The position numbers were made by a program, and so were the translations under genes. A stretch of 64,000 nt of DNA from Haplodiscus bocki. Its lineage: Eukaryota. Shown here piece after piece: positions 63,361 to 64,000 of the stretch; position 1 is the stretch's first letter, and every line of letters starts with the position of its first letter. The notes beneath the pieces were generated by a model. The model was not told where the DNA came from. It saw only the letters and a list, made by a program, of their open reading frames with translations, and did no database searches. The stretch spans positions 44,082,001 through 44,146,000 of the forward strand of contig OZ296657.1 in the NCBI GenBank assembly GCA_965655095.1, in the 5' to 3' direction.

Positions 63361-64000
63361 AATGATTGATTGTCAACCTTTTGTAGACAAATTTTGGAAC
63401 TCGTATGTGAAGAGATTAGTCTTTGGCTGCCTTTGCTTCTTAGAAAAGACAATTCCGAGATAACCTAAAATAGCTTTTATATGATCTGAAACAACCAAAA
63501 ACTCGAGCATAAAGCGAGAATGATAGTTTAAATTGGGACTGCGTAATTATGCAACTATTAACAAAGCAAGCCCATGGCGCAGTTTTATGAGTACATTGTT
63601 TAAGAAGTAGTGAGATGAAGCTTTCATCACTGTTCCTGCATTAGCTGTACCGTTAAAGTACGTTGTCAACAACTACGTTCGACTTCCAAACCTGTTCAAG
63701 CTTGCTCAGATGAACAATCCAACATACGTCCTTTGTCTGTCCCAAATCGTTCTGTGAACAGTTCGTTATGCACCAGCCCTCGCATCAAAGCATGCCCTCA
63801 ATGTCAATTCCAAGCTTCCGTATTCACTCCTTATTTGAGCACAGCCTACTTAACTCAACTGCTACTACTAGTGGTTACGGAATTGTCCCGGAAACCACTA
63901 GTCGCTACTCGTCCGAATGACTAGTGCTACTAGTTTCTCCTCATTTCTAAAGAGTTAAACTTATTGAATGAACACATGATGAAATGCGCATGCAAAGTGA

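Noticed and set aside
62981-63376. ORFs with xAK/LAI repeats
   Set aside because: Translation of a 9-bp minisatellite.

Overview
AT-rich animal (invertebrate-like) genomic DNA dominated by transposable elements. Two host genes lie on the minus strand: a ribosomal protein L32 copy whose frame looks disrupted at both ends, and an intact single-exon 1465-aa DCC/neogenin/frazzled receptor. The main feature is a ~13.7-kb decayed Ty3/Gypsy retrovirus-like element (14012-27721, minus strand). It has paired LTRs, a tRNA-Leu PBS, gag, and a pol ordered PR-RT-RH-macrodomain-IN, where the macrodomain is TARG1/OARD1-type. It also has a furin-cleaved class I fusion env and extra ORFs both before gag and after env (coiled coil, SGNH-like). 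The rest of the window holds a ~2.85-kb-arm inverted repeat, several CR1/L2-type LINE relics, a 5'-inverted (twin-primed) LINE with a 13-bp TSD, a probable solo LTR, MITEs and short tandem repeats. All homology calls come from motif recognition by eye; no searches were run.
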